NCBI GenBank assembly: GCA_017410375.1
Contig: JAFQQW010000058.1
Coordinates: 9,192 to 73,191 of the forward strand
Direction: 5' to 3'
Length of the DNA: 64,000 nucleotides
Source: Clostridia bacterium
GTDB taxonomy: Bacteria > Bacillota > Clostridia > RGIG6154
A model generated the notes under the pieces. It did not search any database, was not told the origin of the DNA, and worked only from the letters and a program-made list of their open reading frames with translations. This document shows positions 42,756 to 53,074 of this stretch, piece by piece; positions within the stretch are counted from its first letter, which is position 1; the number at the start of each line of letters is the position of its first letter. Position numbers and translations under genes: made by a program.

Positions 42756-45725
42756 TCAAAATTCCAACGAACAACCCCACACATCAATGCTGTTGTCCTG
42801 GAACACTTCTTTTAATCGTTTGTGTACGGCTTCCTTGGTCACGCCTTTTTTTAAGATAACCTGTAAGAATCCGCCACCGCCTGCACCGCAGATGAGCTTA
42901 CCGCAAATTAAATCCTCTATGGATGCAAAAATCTGGTCAATCAGGGTATTTGTAGAGCCTGCATCTACCATTTGAGAAAGCTCCCAATGGCGGTTTAACA
43001 GCTTTGCAAACTCGTCCACATTGCCACGTTCTAATTCAAATCGCATGAGCACTGCCACACGCTGAATTTCGTTTAAGGCATACAGCGAATCGGGCTGATT
43101 GCCCACATATCTGCCGACCACATCCCGAAGCAGGTTTCTGGCAAGTCGTCTTTGTCCCGTATAGATTAACGCAAACCGTTCGTTTAATTCCTTTTTGGTT
43201 TGTTCATCAATTTCCACATGCTCTACCTTTAATTGCTGATTAAGTGCAGGACGGGAAGTGATGTATTTAATGCCGCTTGTGACACCGCCCACCTGATCCT
43301 GCCAGCCACCGCCTGTGGACATAATCTGTTCCATGCAAAGCACATGGCTGTAGAGCATATCCTCGGTAAACGCAATGCCCATAAACTCAAACACAGCTTT
43401 CACGCATGCAGCAGACAGAATAGAGGACGTACCAAGTCCCGAGCCTTTGGGTACATTGGTTACCTCGGAATGCATTTCAAACCCACCACCGAGACGGGTT
43501 AAAATCTCCTCTAAATTGTGTCCCTCTTTGGGAATGATACCGCATGCCAGAAGTGCCGCCTTTTGCAACGCAAAGGGGTCATAAGGGTCACCTGTTTGCT
43601 GTAAAGGCTCAATGGTATCAAATTCTCCGTGCACATCCATGTCCCGGCTGTCAAACACAATTTTCTTTTCGGGAATCTTGATTAAAGTCACTTCCACAGG
43701 CTTTTCGCCGTTTAAGAAGATTGCCGCATTTAATACTGTACCGCCGTTTTCCATGCAGTAAGGCGGCGTATCGCTCCAGCCACCGCCCCAGTTGACTCTT
43801 AAGGGCAGTTTTACGGTGTGCTTATCCTTTGCAATTTTACAGGTTTCATTAAATTTAAGATTATTCAGGGTTCCTTTTAAAATGCCCTCCTGAATGGTTT
43901 TAAAGCATTTGGCAATGAATTTTTCACCCTCGGCACCGCCTAAAGCTACACCGATGTAATAGTAAAGACGCATCGCCATAGAGAAATCCGCCTGCGCCAG
44001 TCTGCGCTCTAACCATTCCTGCTGAATGCAGGTTAATTTGTCTGCCTGAAGCAGTTTTTTCGCGTCCTCCGCAGGCACTTTTGCTTTGATAAGCTTGACC
44101 AAACCGTCCATGCAAACCAACTCATGCATGCGCTGATTCCAGTCAATAATGGCTTTGGGGTCTGCATGGTTAAAGCCTGACGATAAGCTTTGTCTTTCCG
44201 CCTTGCGCCATGCCTCTTTATCCCCCTTACCCTGCGCCATAGCATACACGTTAAGTGCTGCTGCAACCGCATCTTTAATGTTGTCGCAAGCAGGATATAA
44301 ATTCGCCATCCATAGGGTATGATTGTCTGACCCCCAGATATCGGTTTCTTTTAAACCGTTTTTCTCTAAAAACACCTCTAAACTCTGTCCAAAGAACATA
44401 TTTTCTTTGGGATTATCGGTCACGCCGTAAATGCGTGCCACAAATTTCCCATCCTTTTGCTTTAAGCCGTGCAGAACCACATTATCAGGCACCGTTTCGT
44501 CATGAATGTCAATGTAAGACAGCACCACATTGTTGCCCACCTTCGCATCATGATGCACATACGAAACCTCTAAATAGCAGTTTTCGCCAATTTCCGCTTC
44601 ATCCGAAAGTACGCTGTTGTAGCCACCTGCATTTTTGGTGATACTGCTATTGACCTGTCTGCTCCAGCCCAAATCCTTGTAATTTTCAACGCCCTCTGCC
44701 ATAAGCTCCATAATTTCACGGGTAGTACCGAAATGAATAAACTTGGCAGGTGCTAAACGCAAAAGCTTCATGCGGAAAGGTCTTAAAGCTTCCCACACCT
44801 TTTGTCTTGCTTCTTTTAATTCTGCACAAAACTCACCTTCGGGTGCTTCATTATAAAACTGTTCCAAAGTAGAGTCGCTCGCCAAAGGATATAAGAAATC
44901 ACCATACAAAGAAAGACGAACCGTTTCGTTTACAAAAGCATCAAATTTACCTTCTTCGGCAATAAGTCCGAAAAGGGCTTTTAACATATCGGCAGAGAAA
45001 ACAACTGCACCGGTATCAATATCTACCGCACCGCGTTCATTCACCGCGCCTTGTTCGGTTAAAGTTTCCACCGTTTGCTTGTGCAGGAATTTACGCACAT
45101 TGCCGTCCTCACCATTTAAAAATACGCCGTGGTTTTTGCCGGTTTGAACATCTTCTTTAAAGGAAATTGCCGCAGCACCTACTCCGGAATAGTCAATCTG
45201 CAGGGGATTAAACAATAGCAAAACATCGCCCGACAAAAGCAACATCCCTTCACGGATGCGCGAAGGCACAGAAGACATACAAATCATAAATTCATCAAAC
45301 AAAGTAGATGCTCTGCCGTCGGGCAAAGTATGAGGTACAGGCGAAAACAGTTTTCCAAGCGCAGAATACTGTGGTACTCGCTTACTGTCACCGCCACTAT
45401 GAATAACCAGAATTTTCAGATTTTTAAAATCAGTTGTTTTTGCGTGTTCCGAAATATATTTCAACACGCCCAAAGTTGCACCGCCCGAGCCGACACGTTT
45501 ACCTTCGGGGTCGGGAATGACCGCAAAATGAGTTTCAGACGGAAGCATACCATTTTTCTGTCTGTCTTCAATTTGCATCATAAACCCCTCTGCCTGCTTT
45601 TGGTTGGATGCAGTAAGCACCACATAATCCCACCCGGCAAATCCGGCTTTGGTCAAAGAGCGGTTATAGTCATCCCAGGTATCTTTATAGGATTGTGATA
45701 AGAAAAGTGATGTCATATTTTTCAT
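42756..45725 (-). CDS. fkp: bifunctional L-fucokinase / fucose-1-phosphate guanylyltransferase, Fkp-like (989 aa)
   Basis: N-terminal FPGT-like domain (GWDYVVLTASNQKQAEGF), C-terminal GHMP kinase (PKGSGLGTSSILSAACV); the length matches the 949-aa Bacteroides Fkp. Confidence 0.75.
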   Translation of the reverse strand: MKNMTSLFLSQSYKDTWDDYNRSLTKAGFAGWDYVVLTASNQKQAEGFMMQIEDRQKNGMLPSETHFAVIPDPEGKRVGSGGATLGVLKYISEHAKTTDFKNLKILVIHSGGDSKRVPQYSALGKLFSPVPHTLPDGRASTLFDEFMICMSSVPSRIREGMLLLSGDVLLLFNPLQIDYSGVGAAAISFKEDVQTGKNHGVFLNGEDGNVRKFLHKQTVETLTEQGAVNERGAVDIDTGAVVFSADMLKALFGLIAEEGKFDAFVNETVRLSLYGDFLYPLASDSTLEQFYNEAPEGEFCAELKEARQKVWEALRPFRMKLLRLAPAKFIHFGTTREIMELMAEGVENYKDLGWSRQVNSSITKNAGGYNSVLSDEAEIGENCYLEVSYVHHDAKVGNNVVLSYIDIHDETVPDNVVLHGLKQKDGKFVARIYGVTDNPKENMFFGQSLEVFLEKNGLKETDIWGSDNHTLWMANLYPACDNIKDAVAAALNVYAMAQGKGDKEAWRKAERQSLSSGFNHADPKAIIDWNQRMHELVCMDGLVKLIKAKVPAEDAKKLLQADKLTCIQQEWLERRLAQADFSMAMRLYYYIGVALGGAEGEKFIAKCFKTIQEGILKGTLNNLKFNETCKIAKDKHTVKLPLRVNWGGGWSDTPPYCMENGGTVLNAAIFLNGEKPVEVTLIKIPEKKIVFDSRDMDVHGEFDTIEPLQQTGDPYDPFALQKAALLACGIIPKEGHNLEEILTRLGGGFEMHSEVTNVPKGSGLGTSSILSAACVKAVFEFMGIAFTEDMLYSHVLCMEQIMSTGGGWQDQVGGVTSGIKYITSRPALNQQLKVEHVEIDEQTKKELNERFALIYTGQRRLARNLLRDVVGRYVGNQPDSLYALNEIQRVAVLMRFELERGNVDEFAKLLNRHWELSQMVDAGSTNTLIDQIFASIEDLICGKLICGAGGGGFLQVILKKGVTKEAVHKRLKEVFQDNSIDVWGCSLEF

Positions 45726-45758
45726 CGTTTTCTCCTCATTTCAATTTATATATTGAGC

Positions 45759-47318
45759 TTATTTTGCGTGTTTAAGAAAGCGGGAAAATAAAAGTGTTTT
45801 CGCCATTTTAACAGTTTCTTTCAAATAATTGTTTCGCGCAAACACCAAAAGCAGGAATGCTGCGGTCAAAACGGCAGTAAACCCTGCGCGCAACACAAAT
45901 GCGACCAAACTCGTTTTCATACCGAATACCAAGAAATTCAGTTTGTACATCAAGAATGCCCCTGCCGCCGCAATCAGCAGATACGCCGCATTTTTGGAAT
46001 AATAAAGCCACACATTGCGTTGCAAAGCGTGTTTATACACAATCAAAGGCTCCACCCAAAAGGTAACCAGAATGTTACTGATTAACGTACCTGCCAAAAC
46101 GCCGAACACACCGTAATGGCGTACCAATATCAGCGAAACAATCAGATTCATAATAGATTCAATAAACACTCTGTATCTGTCCTGCCAGAACAGACCACAG
46201 GCAGATTTAAATTGTTCAGCTGTCTTCTGCACACCCAGGAAATAAAAGTTTGCCGTAACAATCAGCACAACCTCAATACCCATACAGTAAGTTTTACCCA
46301 ACCAAAGTGCTATAAAGGGTTCAAACAGGCAAATCATACAAATACTACAGAAAGCATGAATGAAATAATTAACAAAATATGTATGGCAGAATACATCATA
46401 CAACCTCTGTTTGTCGGCACTTTTTTCAGATGCATTCAGATTACCGATGCTTGCCGTCAAAGAAGAGGTAAACATCATGGTGAAATTGTTTAACGCATTT
46501 TTAATAACAAGATAGTTAGAATAAAAACCTGCCGAAGCAACATTTACACAAGAAGCAATAATAAAGCTGTCGGTGCAGTTAATAATCAGACTCCCCGCGC
46601 GATTGAACACCAACGCAGTGGTATTTTTGACAATATTCTTTTTGTCTTCGGGGTCAACAGGATTCACCTTACCACCAAAAAATTGCGGATACAGCTTTTT
46701 GGCTTTATATGAAACAAATCCGTATATAACGGTATTCTGTAAGGACTGCAGTGCGAGATATACCATATATTTCTTTGTCAGGAACAAGAAGAAAATCTCC
46801 AGAATATTAATTGCCGCAACACTGACTATTTTGACTTTTGAAACAATGTACGATTTTTGGTGTGCAACAATCACACATTGCTTGTCTGCAAAAAAATAGA
46901 AAGAAACCGTGCTGAGCAACATAAAAAGATAAATTACGTAAAGATTTTCAGGGATATCCGGCGTTTCTTTCAGCAAAGAATCCAAAAACGGCATCAAAGC
47001 CAGCCCGATACACAGCACCACAACGCCTATTATATAATAACACGTTCTGTACAAGCGGAACAATGTACGGCATTTTTCGGTATCCCCATCCGCAATAGGC
47101 TTGTACACACTGTATGTAATGGCAGTCCCGATACCCACATTTACGATTTCAATCATATTGATGATGTTTAAGAAAACCGCATCAATCCCCAAATAATTCT
47201 GCCCCAAAAATTTGATAAAAAATGTTCTGGTAACAAATGGCAAAATTGTAATCAAGAGTGTATTCAACATGCCGTATTTTAAATTTTGAAACGAACTATG
47301 CGTTCTGCTTTCCGCCAT
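45759..47318 (-). CDS. wzx: polysaccharide flippase Wzx (MOP/MATE-like polysaccharide biosynthesis protein)
   Basis: About 14 TM helices; N-terminal loop pattern of Wzx/RfbX. Confidence 0.75.
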   Translation of the reverse strand: MAESRTHSSFQNLKYGMLNTLLITILPFVTRTFFIKFLGQNYLGIDAVFLNIINMIEIVNVGIGTAITYSVYKPIADGDTEKCRTLFRLYRTCYYIIGVVVLCIGLALMPFLDSLLKETPDIPENLYVIYLFMLLSTVSFYFFADKQCVIVAHQKSYIVSKVKIVSVAAINILEIFFLFLTKKYMVYLALQSLQNTVIYGFVSYKAKKLYPQFFGGKVNPVDPEDKKNIVKNTTALVFNRAGSLIINCTDSFIIASCVNVASAGFYSNYLVIKNALNNFTMMFTSSLTASIGNLNASEKSADKQRLYDVFCHTYFVNYFIHAFCSICMICLFEPFIALWLGKTYCMGIEVVLIVTANFYFLGVQKTAEQFKSACGLFWQDRYRVFIESIMNLIVSLILVRHYGVFGVLAGTLISNILVTFWVEPLIVYKHALQRNVWLYYSKNAAYLLIAAAGAFLMYKLNFLVFGMKTSLVAFVLRAGFTAVLTAAFLLLVFARNNYLKETVKMAKTLLFSRFLKHAK

Positions 47319-47320
47319 GT

Positions 47321-48619
47321 TTACCTCCTTTTCAATTTCCGCGTGGTTTTTTGATTAACATAATCTATGATGTAGGGCGAAGCCGGCACCATAAAAAGAA
47401 TACATGTAGGAATGATAAAATTTAACATAACGGGCTGTGCAACATACATAATAAAGAAGATAATATACAAAGCCGTATATTTGCAGTTTAAATTTAATTT
47501 TTCAAACCCCTTTTTGATAGTTTCAGCCATTTTGTAGTAAAAAACACCCATAGCCGCAGTGAACCAAAATCCATATCTTGCCATATCCGAGAACAACTGC
47601 GAATGTTCGTGCACAACATATGTACCGTTGCCCGCCCCCTGATAGTAAGAGCCAACCCCGAGACCATAGGTGTTGAAGAAAGTCTCCAAGTCCCACAGCC
47701 AACGGTCGCTTCGTGCCGCCATATCACCGGTCGCCTCACCGCCAATCAGCGAGCTGCCCATATCATAAACCTTCCAGGATATATAGTGATTTTCAATGTG
47801 TGTTGCCGCTTCCTGTAACCACGCACCAACAACACTTTTAAAAAACAGCAAGAAAGCAAGCGAAAAAATAGTCACCACAAATTTGGTTGCAGGCGTTCTG
47901 TTTTGCAAAATAACCAAAACAGGCGCAAGAAAAGCGCAAACAAAAACAGTACCGGTTGAGCAAATAAGTGCAAGACAAAAACAAATGATAACAATAATCC
48001 AAGCCGCCACTCTCACCCAGCATTTTTTTAAGCATTTGCCTTGTAACATACACAAAAGCATTGTACCGATCAGAATAGAGCAGTAAATATGATGCACATT
48101 ACCGATATTTTTGAAATAGTTTTCCGCTATCATGTCGGTTTGACTTGAAAATTCACGATAGGATGCCGGATTTTCAATAAGACCGAGCAATGTTGTAAAA
48201 AGCGTAAACGCAAATGCAAGAAAAACAACGCACCCCAAAGAACCGAGCGCTTGCTTTTTATCGGTATAATAATAGTAATAGTATACAAGAAATACATACC
48301 ACGGTCCTGCAATCATAATAAACATTTCTGCCGCGTTACCGATACCAAGCAAGGCAAAATATACATATATCCCGATAAAAAGGAATGCCAGCACACCACA
48401 TATTGTTCCGTTAAAAAACCAGTTTGGTCTTAAAAAGTAACTTGTGCAAAACCATCCGCCCATAACGGTTGCCATGATAAGCGTATACAAACCACCCAAA
48501 AGGGGCGCTTGTACAATAGGCACAATCATCAAAAAGATGGATACCATTGCAAAAAAGTAATTGGAAAACAGCCAGAATTTTTCACTGAAATCTGCTTTTC
48601 TTTCCAAATTGTACATCAT
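47321..48619 (-). CDS. wzy: oligosaccharide repeat-unit polymerase, Wzy-like
   Basis: Polytopic membrane protein with one large extracytoplasmic loop, in a wzx-wzy context. Confidence 0.5.
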   Translation of the reverse strand: MMYNLERKADFSEKFWLFSNYFFAMVSIFLMIVPIVQAPLLGGLYTLIMATVMGGWFCTSYFLRPNWFFNGTICGVLAFLFIGIYVYFALLGIGNAAEMFIMIAGPWYVFLVYYYYYYTDKKQALGSLGCVVFLAFAFTLFTTLLGLIENPASYREFSSQTDMIAENYFKNIGNVHHIYCSILIGTMLLCMLQGKCLKKCWVRVAAWIIVIICFCLALICSTGTVFVCAFLAPVLVILQNRTPATKFVVTIFSLAFLLFFKSVVGAWLQEAATHIENHYISWKVYDMGSSLIGGEATGDMAARSDRWLWDLETFFNTYGLGVGSYYQGAGNGTYVVHEHSQLFSDMARYGFWFTAAMGVFYYKMAETIKKGFEKLNLNCKYTALYIIFFIMYVAQPVMLNFIIPTCILFMVPASPYIIDYVNQKTTRKLKRR

Positions 48620-48628
48620 TTCACTTCC

Positions 48629-49741
48629 TCATTTACATCTATACTTAATTTTTCGGTATAACCACACTTTAAAGGGCGGCGACACCGTATATTTTTTCAA
48701 TTTCTTCAAAATATTTTCCGCACTTAATCCTTCAAAAAAGGCGTCTCTCTCTTTGTGCATTGCTATATTCTGATGTTGTTCCATGGCGGTATGTTCTATT
48801 TTTTTCACACGACAATCTTCTTTTGCCGCTTGCAGCAATGCCTCACCTTTCGAGGTGTGCACAATGGCTTTTCCTGTGCCTCTCTCATCCGCGAAAGTCG
48901 CATCATATTTGGCAATATCAAAGAAATCACCTATCGTTATATCCGATGCGTGCATTTTATCCTGCGCACTGCAGGTATAACAACTTTTACGCAAAAACAG
49001 ATTCTGCAGATACCCGCGCATATACAAATCGTCCTGATGATATTTGCAATATCTGACTTTTGCCGACTGAATGCGTACACTGTACGCCCGCCAGGAAATA
49101 CGCTTATCCCGAAACGCGATTTTTTCAGGTCTCCCTTTGGCAATTTTCCGACTGTAAAAATCAAAAACTTTCGGACTGCCTACACCGTGGCATAAAAAAT
49201 CCACAAGGTACACATTGTCACGCGCACCCAAAAACGCTTTAACTGCACCAATCTGGCAAGGTGTTCCGCAAATCAGAACTTTCTCGCCTGCATCCGCCTT
49301 TTCTTTCAGAAGCGGTAATGCATCGTAAAGATTGCTTTGTACATATTTGGAACCAAGCAGTTTTGCGAGCTCGTTTTGGTTATTTGCCGCCTGATGGGAA
49401 AGCATACCTTTCTCATCAAATGCCGCACCGAACACGGTGCCGCCCTGCCCGATGATCCACATCGCCAAAGCAGAAAACATCCCGCCCGAAGAAGATTTTT
49501 GCAATACTTCAGGGGATTTATGTACCGTTGCGTACACACTTTCCCGAATGTCCGTCTGTACCGTCTTTTGCAAGGCAACGCAGTTGCGCATACATTTACC
49601 GCATTGTGTACATCGCGTACCGACTATCTCCGGATATAAAAATCCCTCTGTATTTTCTCGCATGATTATCGCCTGTGCGGGACAACCTTCGGCACATACA
49701 CCGCAACCGACACATTCATTTTCGGGCAAACGGATATTCAT
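48629..49741 (-). CDS. coenzyme F420 hydrogenase/dehydrogenase beta-subunit-like Fe-S protein (polysaccharide pyruvylation-associated)
   Basis: N-terminal 2x[4Fe-4S] ferredoxin motifs CVGCGVCAEGCP / CTQCGKCMRNC; partner of the pyruvyl transferase. Confidence 0.7.
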   Translation of the reverse strand: MNIRLPENECVGCGVCAEGCPAQAIIMRENTEGFLYPEIVGTRCTQCGKCMRNCVALQKTVQTDIRESVYATVHKSPEVLQKSSSGGMFSALAMWIIGQGGTVFGAAFDEKGMLSHQAANNQNELAKLLGSKYVQSNLYDALPLLKEKADAGEKVLICGTPCQIGAVKAFLGARDNVYLVDFLCHGVGSPKVFDFYSRKIAKGRPEKIAFRDKRISWRAYSVRIQSAKVRYCKYHQDDLYMRGYLQNLFLRKSCYTCSAQDKMHASDITIGDFFDIAKYDATFADERGTGKAIVHTSKGEALLQAAKEDCRVKKIEHTAMEQHQNIAMHKERDAFFEGLSAENILKKLKKYTVSPPFKVWLYRKIKYRCK

Positions 49742-49752
49742 TGTACTCTCCT

Positions 49753-50922
49753 TTATAATAATTCCTTCAACGCCTTTGCGGCGGTATATGCATTTTCAAC
49801 ATATTCGGGCATAATTTCCTGCAAATGTGCACGAACTTCCTCTTTTTTGTCATCCAACGCACGGTATGCCTGTGTAAGTTCATCCTTGCCGTGCATATCT
49901 TTCATGGAAATGACATATCCTTGCTCGGTGCCAAACAAATCCCGTGCAATGCCGACAGATTTTATGCTGTACCCGATAACCAATGTAGGCACACACATCG
50001 CGTATGCCGAAATGGAAGAATGGGTTCTTGCACAAATTAACATTTCACATTTGGAAATGATATCCCGAAGCTGTGCATATTTATAATCAGTACCGATTAT
50101 TTTCACACGTCCGGTATGTACATATTGGTCAAACAGTGGTTTCATACAAGCATAGTCGCTGTTTCCGTCAAAATTTACATGTGGAATAAACAAAATATTT
50201 TTTTCGGTATCATTTAAAATGTATTCAATCAGATTCTGCACCGATTTAAGTACATCTGCATTTTTGCCGCCCTGCGTAACAATGGGACTGAAATTGATGC
50301 CCACCGTATTGGGTTCCACCTCAAATTTACTGTCTTCCTTCTGAATGGTAAAAGCGGGATCGGACACCCGTACCACCTTTGCATTTTTCAATTTTCCGGA
50401 CAACGCATTAAAGGTTTCTTCTTCGCGTGCGGTAATCAGTGCATAGCCGTCCAAATCAGCAATCATGGCATCATTTAAAAATGCCGCATCCACACTGCAC
50501 CCCCACAAGACACGTTTAAAACCGGCCTTGTCAATCAAACGGTTACTGTAATACAACCATGCAGGCGTTTCGCAACAATAGTTGTCCCCGCCAATGGACA
50601 TGAACACTGTATCCTTCGGTTGTTTTTGGATACTCTTTTTAAAATTCGGATATGTTTTTCTTGCCACAATTTCTTCATCTTTAAAGAATTTACGCCAAGC
50701 ACCGTAAATTTTACGCAAAAACTTGTTTTTTGTATAACTGTCGGGATAAATTTCTTTTATTGTTCCCTTTGGAAGAAAACGATCATCCGCCGCCTTTTCC
50801 AGACTGGAAAGCACAAATTCGTTATCCTCTTTGCCAATCATATTTACGCTGGACACCACAATGGCTTCACAACCATGGTTATTACATCCGCCATGTCCGT
50901 ACATATAATATCTTTTTTTCAC
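49753..50922 (-). CDS. polysaccharide pyruvyl transferase (WcaK/CsaB family)
   Basis: N-terminal YGHGGCNNHGCEAIV (GxxNxGDxAI-like) motif of PS_pyruv_trans. Confidence 0.75.
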   Translation of the reverse strand: MKKRYYMYGHGGCNNHGCEAIVVSSVNMIGKEDNEFVLSSLEKAADDRFLPKGTIKEIYPDSYTKNKFLRKIYGAWRKFFKDEEIVARKTYPNFKKSIQKQPKDTVFMSIGGDNYCCETPAWLYYSNRLIDKAGFKRVLWGCSVDAAFLNDAMIADLDGYALITAREEETFNALSGKLKNAKVVRVSDPAFTIQKEDSKFEVEPNTVGINFSPIVTQGGKNADVLKSVQNLIEYILNDTEKNILFIPHVNFDGNSDYACMKPLFDQYVHTGRVKIIGTDYKYAQLRDIISKCEMLICARTHSSISAYAMCVPTLVIGYSIKSVGIARDLFGTEQGYVISMKDMHGKDELTQAYRALDDKKEEVRAHLQEIMPEYVENAYTAAKALKELL

Positions 50923-52037
50923 AGCTTATTCACCTCATCAAAAATTGCTTGCATTTCCGCTTCCAGATCGGTTGCGTTGTGCTTGGCTTTGCACGCCGCA
51001 TACGCTTTGTCGAAATCGATTTCCCCGGCCATAGCGTTACGTAATGCATCGGCACAGCTTTTCGGGTCGTCTTTGCGATACGCAAATACATGCCCATACA
51101 TAAATTCTTTTAAATTGTCATAATCTGGCACAACAATCGGCTTTCTTGCCGCACACGCCTCATATATCAATCGCGTCTGATGCGCCTTAGTCGGCGAAAA
51201 CAGTACCGTATCACAAGCTGCATACAATTGTTCCACCTGTTGTGTAGGCGGAACAATTTCAATTTTGTCTGCAAGACCATGCTTTCGTATATACATAAGA
51301 CAAGTTTTGGCATAACTTTGTGCCTGTGCTTCTTCAAAGGTTTTGGAAGAAACAATTAACAATTTACAGTTTTCTGTTTCTTTCAATGCTTTTAATGCCG
51401 TCAATGTTCCCTTCAATCGATTGATACCACCCAGAAACAGTATCTTTTTGGGGTTGTCGGAATTTAAAAAGCCTTCCTGCTTGTCATACAAATCAAAATC
51501 CACTTTATCATATAAAACAGTTTTAAAAATATCTGACTTGTCGAAAAAGTGCATATCATATGCCGAAATGAACACCAACCCATCAAAATGTGCTGCCATT
51601 TGTTTACGGATATGTGATGCATACAGAGTGTCCGGCAAAGTTTCCCTTTGCAGACAAATGGCTTTCTTGCCATATTTCTTTGCAATCGCCCCTGTATAAA
51701 ATAAGGTAAGTGAATTGGCAATCACCAAATCACAATCACTATTTTTAATACAATTTTCTATGATTTTTTTCGTTTTGCACACATGGCGCATGGAACTCCA
51801 GAATGAGGGCGACAACAGATTGGTCACACCACCGTTATAGTAAGGATTTGACATAACCCACGGCACACGTTGCACCGAAAAACCATCCTTTTCCAAACGT
51901 TTGCATGTATCTTCAGGCTTGGTTGTGTTTAAAAAGGAAACGGAATCTCCACGATTTTTAAGTGCATTTGCCAACTGCATCATGCTGACTGAAGAACCGC
52001 CCCACACACCTGCGTGATTGATAAAAAGAATCTTCAT
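50919..52037 (-). CDS. glycosyltransferase family 4 (GT-B)
   Basis: N-terminal MKILFINHAGVWGG and a C-terminal E-x7-E-type region. Confidence 0.75.
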   Translation of the reverse strand: MKILFINHAGVWGGSSVSMMQLANALKNRGDSVSFLNTTKPEDTCKRLEKDGFSVQRVPWVMSNPYYNGGVTNLLSPSFWSSMRHVCKTKKIIENCIKNSDCDLVIANSLTLFYTGAIAKKYGKKAICLQRETLPDTLYASHIRKQMAAHFDGLVFISAYDMHFFDKSDIFKTVLYDKVDFDLYDKQEGFLNSDNPKKILFLGGINRLKGTLTALKALKETENCKLLIVSSKTFEEAQAQSYAKTCLMYIRKHGLADKIEIVPPTQQVEQLYAACDTVLFSPTKAHQTRLIYEACAARKPIVVPDYDNLKEFMYGHVFAYRKDDPKSCADALRNAMAGEIDFDKAYAACKAKHNATDLEAEMQAIFDEVNKL

Positions 52038-52951
52038 TATTTTTTGCCCCGTTTCAGTAATTTCCTTATTTTTTTCTTCCAGCGGAGCATAAGGGGTCGA
52101 CGGAATATTTGTGCAACCGCCTTTTCAATGCGCGCGTCTAATTCTACATTTTCAAAACGCACTTTTCCCTTATTTTCGTTAATTTCCGTATCAAAACGGG
52201 TATCTGCGCTGCTTACATGTACGCCCGACCCGTCGTTTCCGCCGTTGGAAACCAATGTTTCTTTCGGCAAAACAAAAAGCATATCATTTTTAAAGGCGTT
52301 ATATGTAAAACGAATTGCCCAGGAATCAATTCTGCCTTCCATTTGCGACATCAGCATCTCGGTTCTGTCGCAACCGGTTTTATTAAAAGCTTTAACTTGC
52401 TTTTTATCTTTTATAAATGTTTTATAGTCACGGATTTCCCAGTCGATTTTTTCCCAACGGTCTTTCCAGGTCGCCCAGGCATAACTGGAACCCCTGCCCA
52501 TCACAAAAACATCATGTTTATAATCAGCAGGGAAGGTTATGGGCAATGTGTATCCGCCCAACGCCCAGATTTTTTGATTGTCACGATAAAATTCCAAACC
52601 TCTGTTCATATAATCCAGAAAATCTTCCGAAACCACGTTATCATCTTCCACAACAATCACATTGCCGTGCTTGCCGATAACATTGTTTACACCCGAAATA
52701 ACCGAGTTTGCCAGCCCCTGGTTTTGGGGAGCTTCCACAACCTCTACTTCGCCAAACCATTCTTTGATCGCATCGGAACGGATATATTCCCGCACCTGCT
52801 CCACTTTTTCGGCAACCTTTTCATTTTTAGGACCATCCGAAAAAATATACAACTTGCTTTCCTTTGCTTCAGGACATTTTGAAAGAGAGGTCAGCAATCT
52901 TTTTGCGTGGTCCGCTCTGTTATAAACAAAAACAACAATTGGTGCTTTCAT
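52037..52951 (-). CDS. putative GT-A-fold glycosyltransferase
   Basis: VVEDD DxD-like motif after a Rossmann-like N-terminus; TAGGAGC RBS before the ATG at 52951; family unclear. Confidence 0.45.
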   Translation of the reverse strand: MKAPIVVFVYNRADHAKRLLTSLSKCPEAKESKLYIFSDGPKNEKVAEKVEQVREYIRSDAIKEWFGEVEVVEAPQNQGLANSVISGVNNVIGKHGNVIVVEDDNVVSEDFLDYMNRGLEFYRDNQKIWALGGYTLPITFPADYKHDVFVMGRGSSYAWATWKDRWEKIDWEIRDYKTFIKDKKQVKAFNKTGCDRTEMLMSQMEGRIDSWAIRFTYNAFKNDMLFVLPKETLVSNGGNDGSGVHVSSADTRFDTEINENKGKVRFENVELDARIEKAVAQIFRRPLMLRWKKKIRKLLKRGKK

Positions 52952-53074
52952 AATTTTGCTCCTATCTGTCGCCGAACAAACTATATGCTTTGGACGACAA
53001 TTTCTTAATCCGCATAAAGCGGGCAATATGTCACGCACCGTCTTCCGACACAGCGGCTGACATATTCACTTAAA

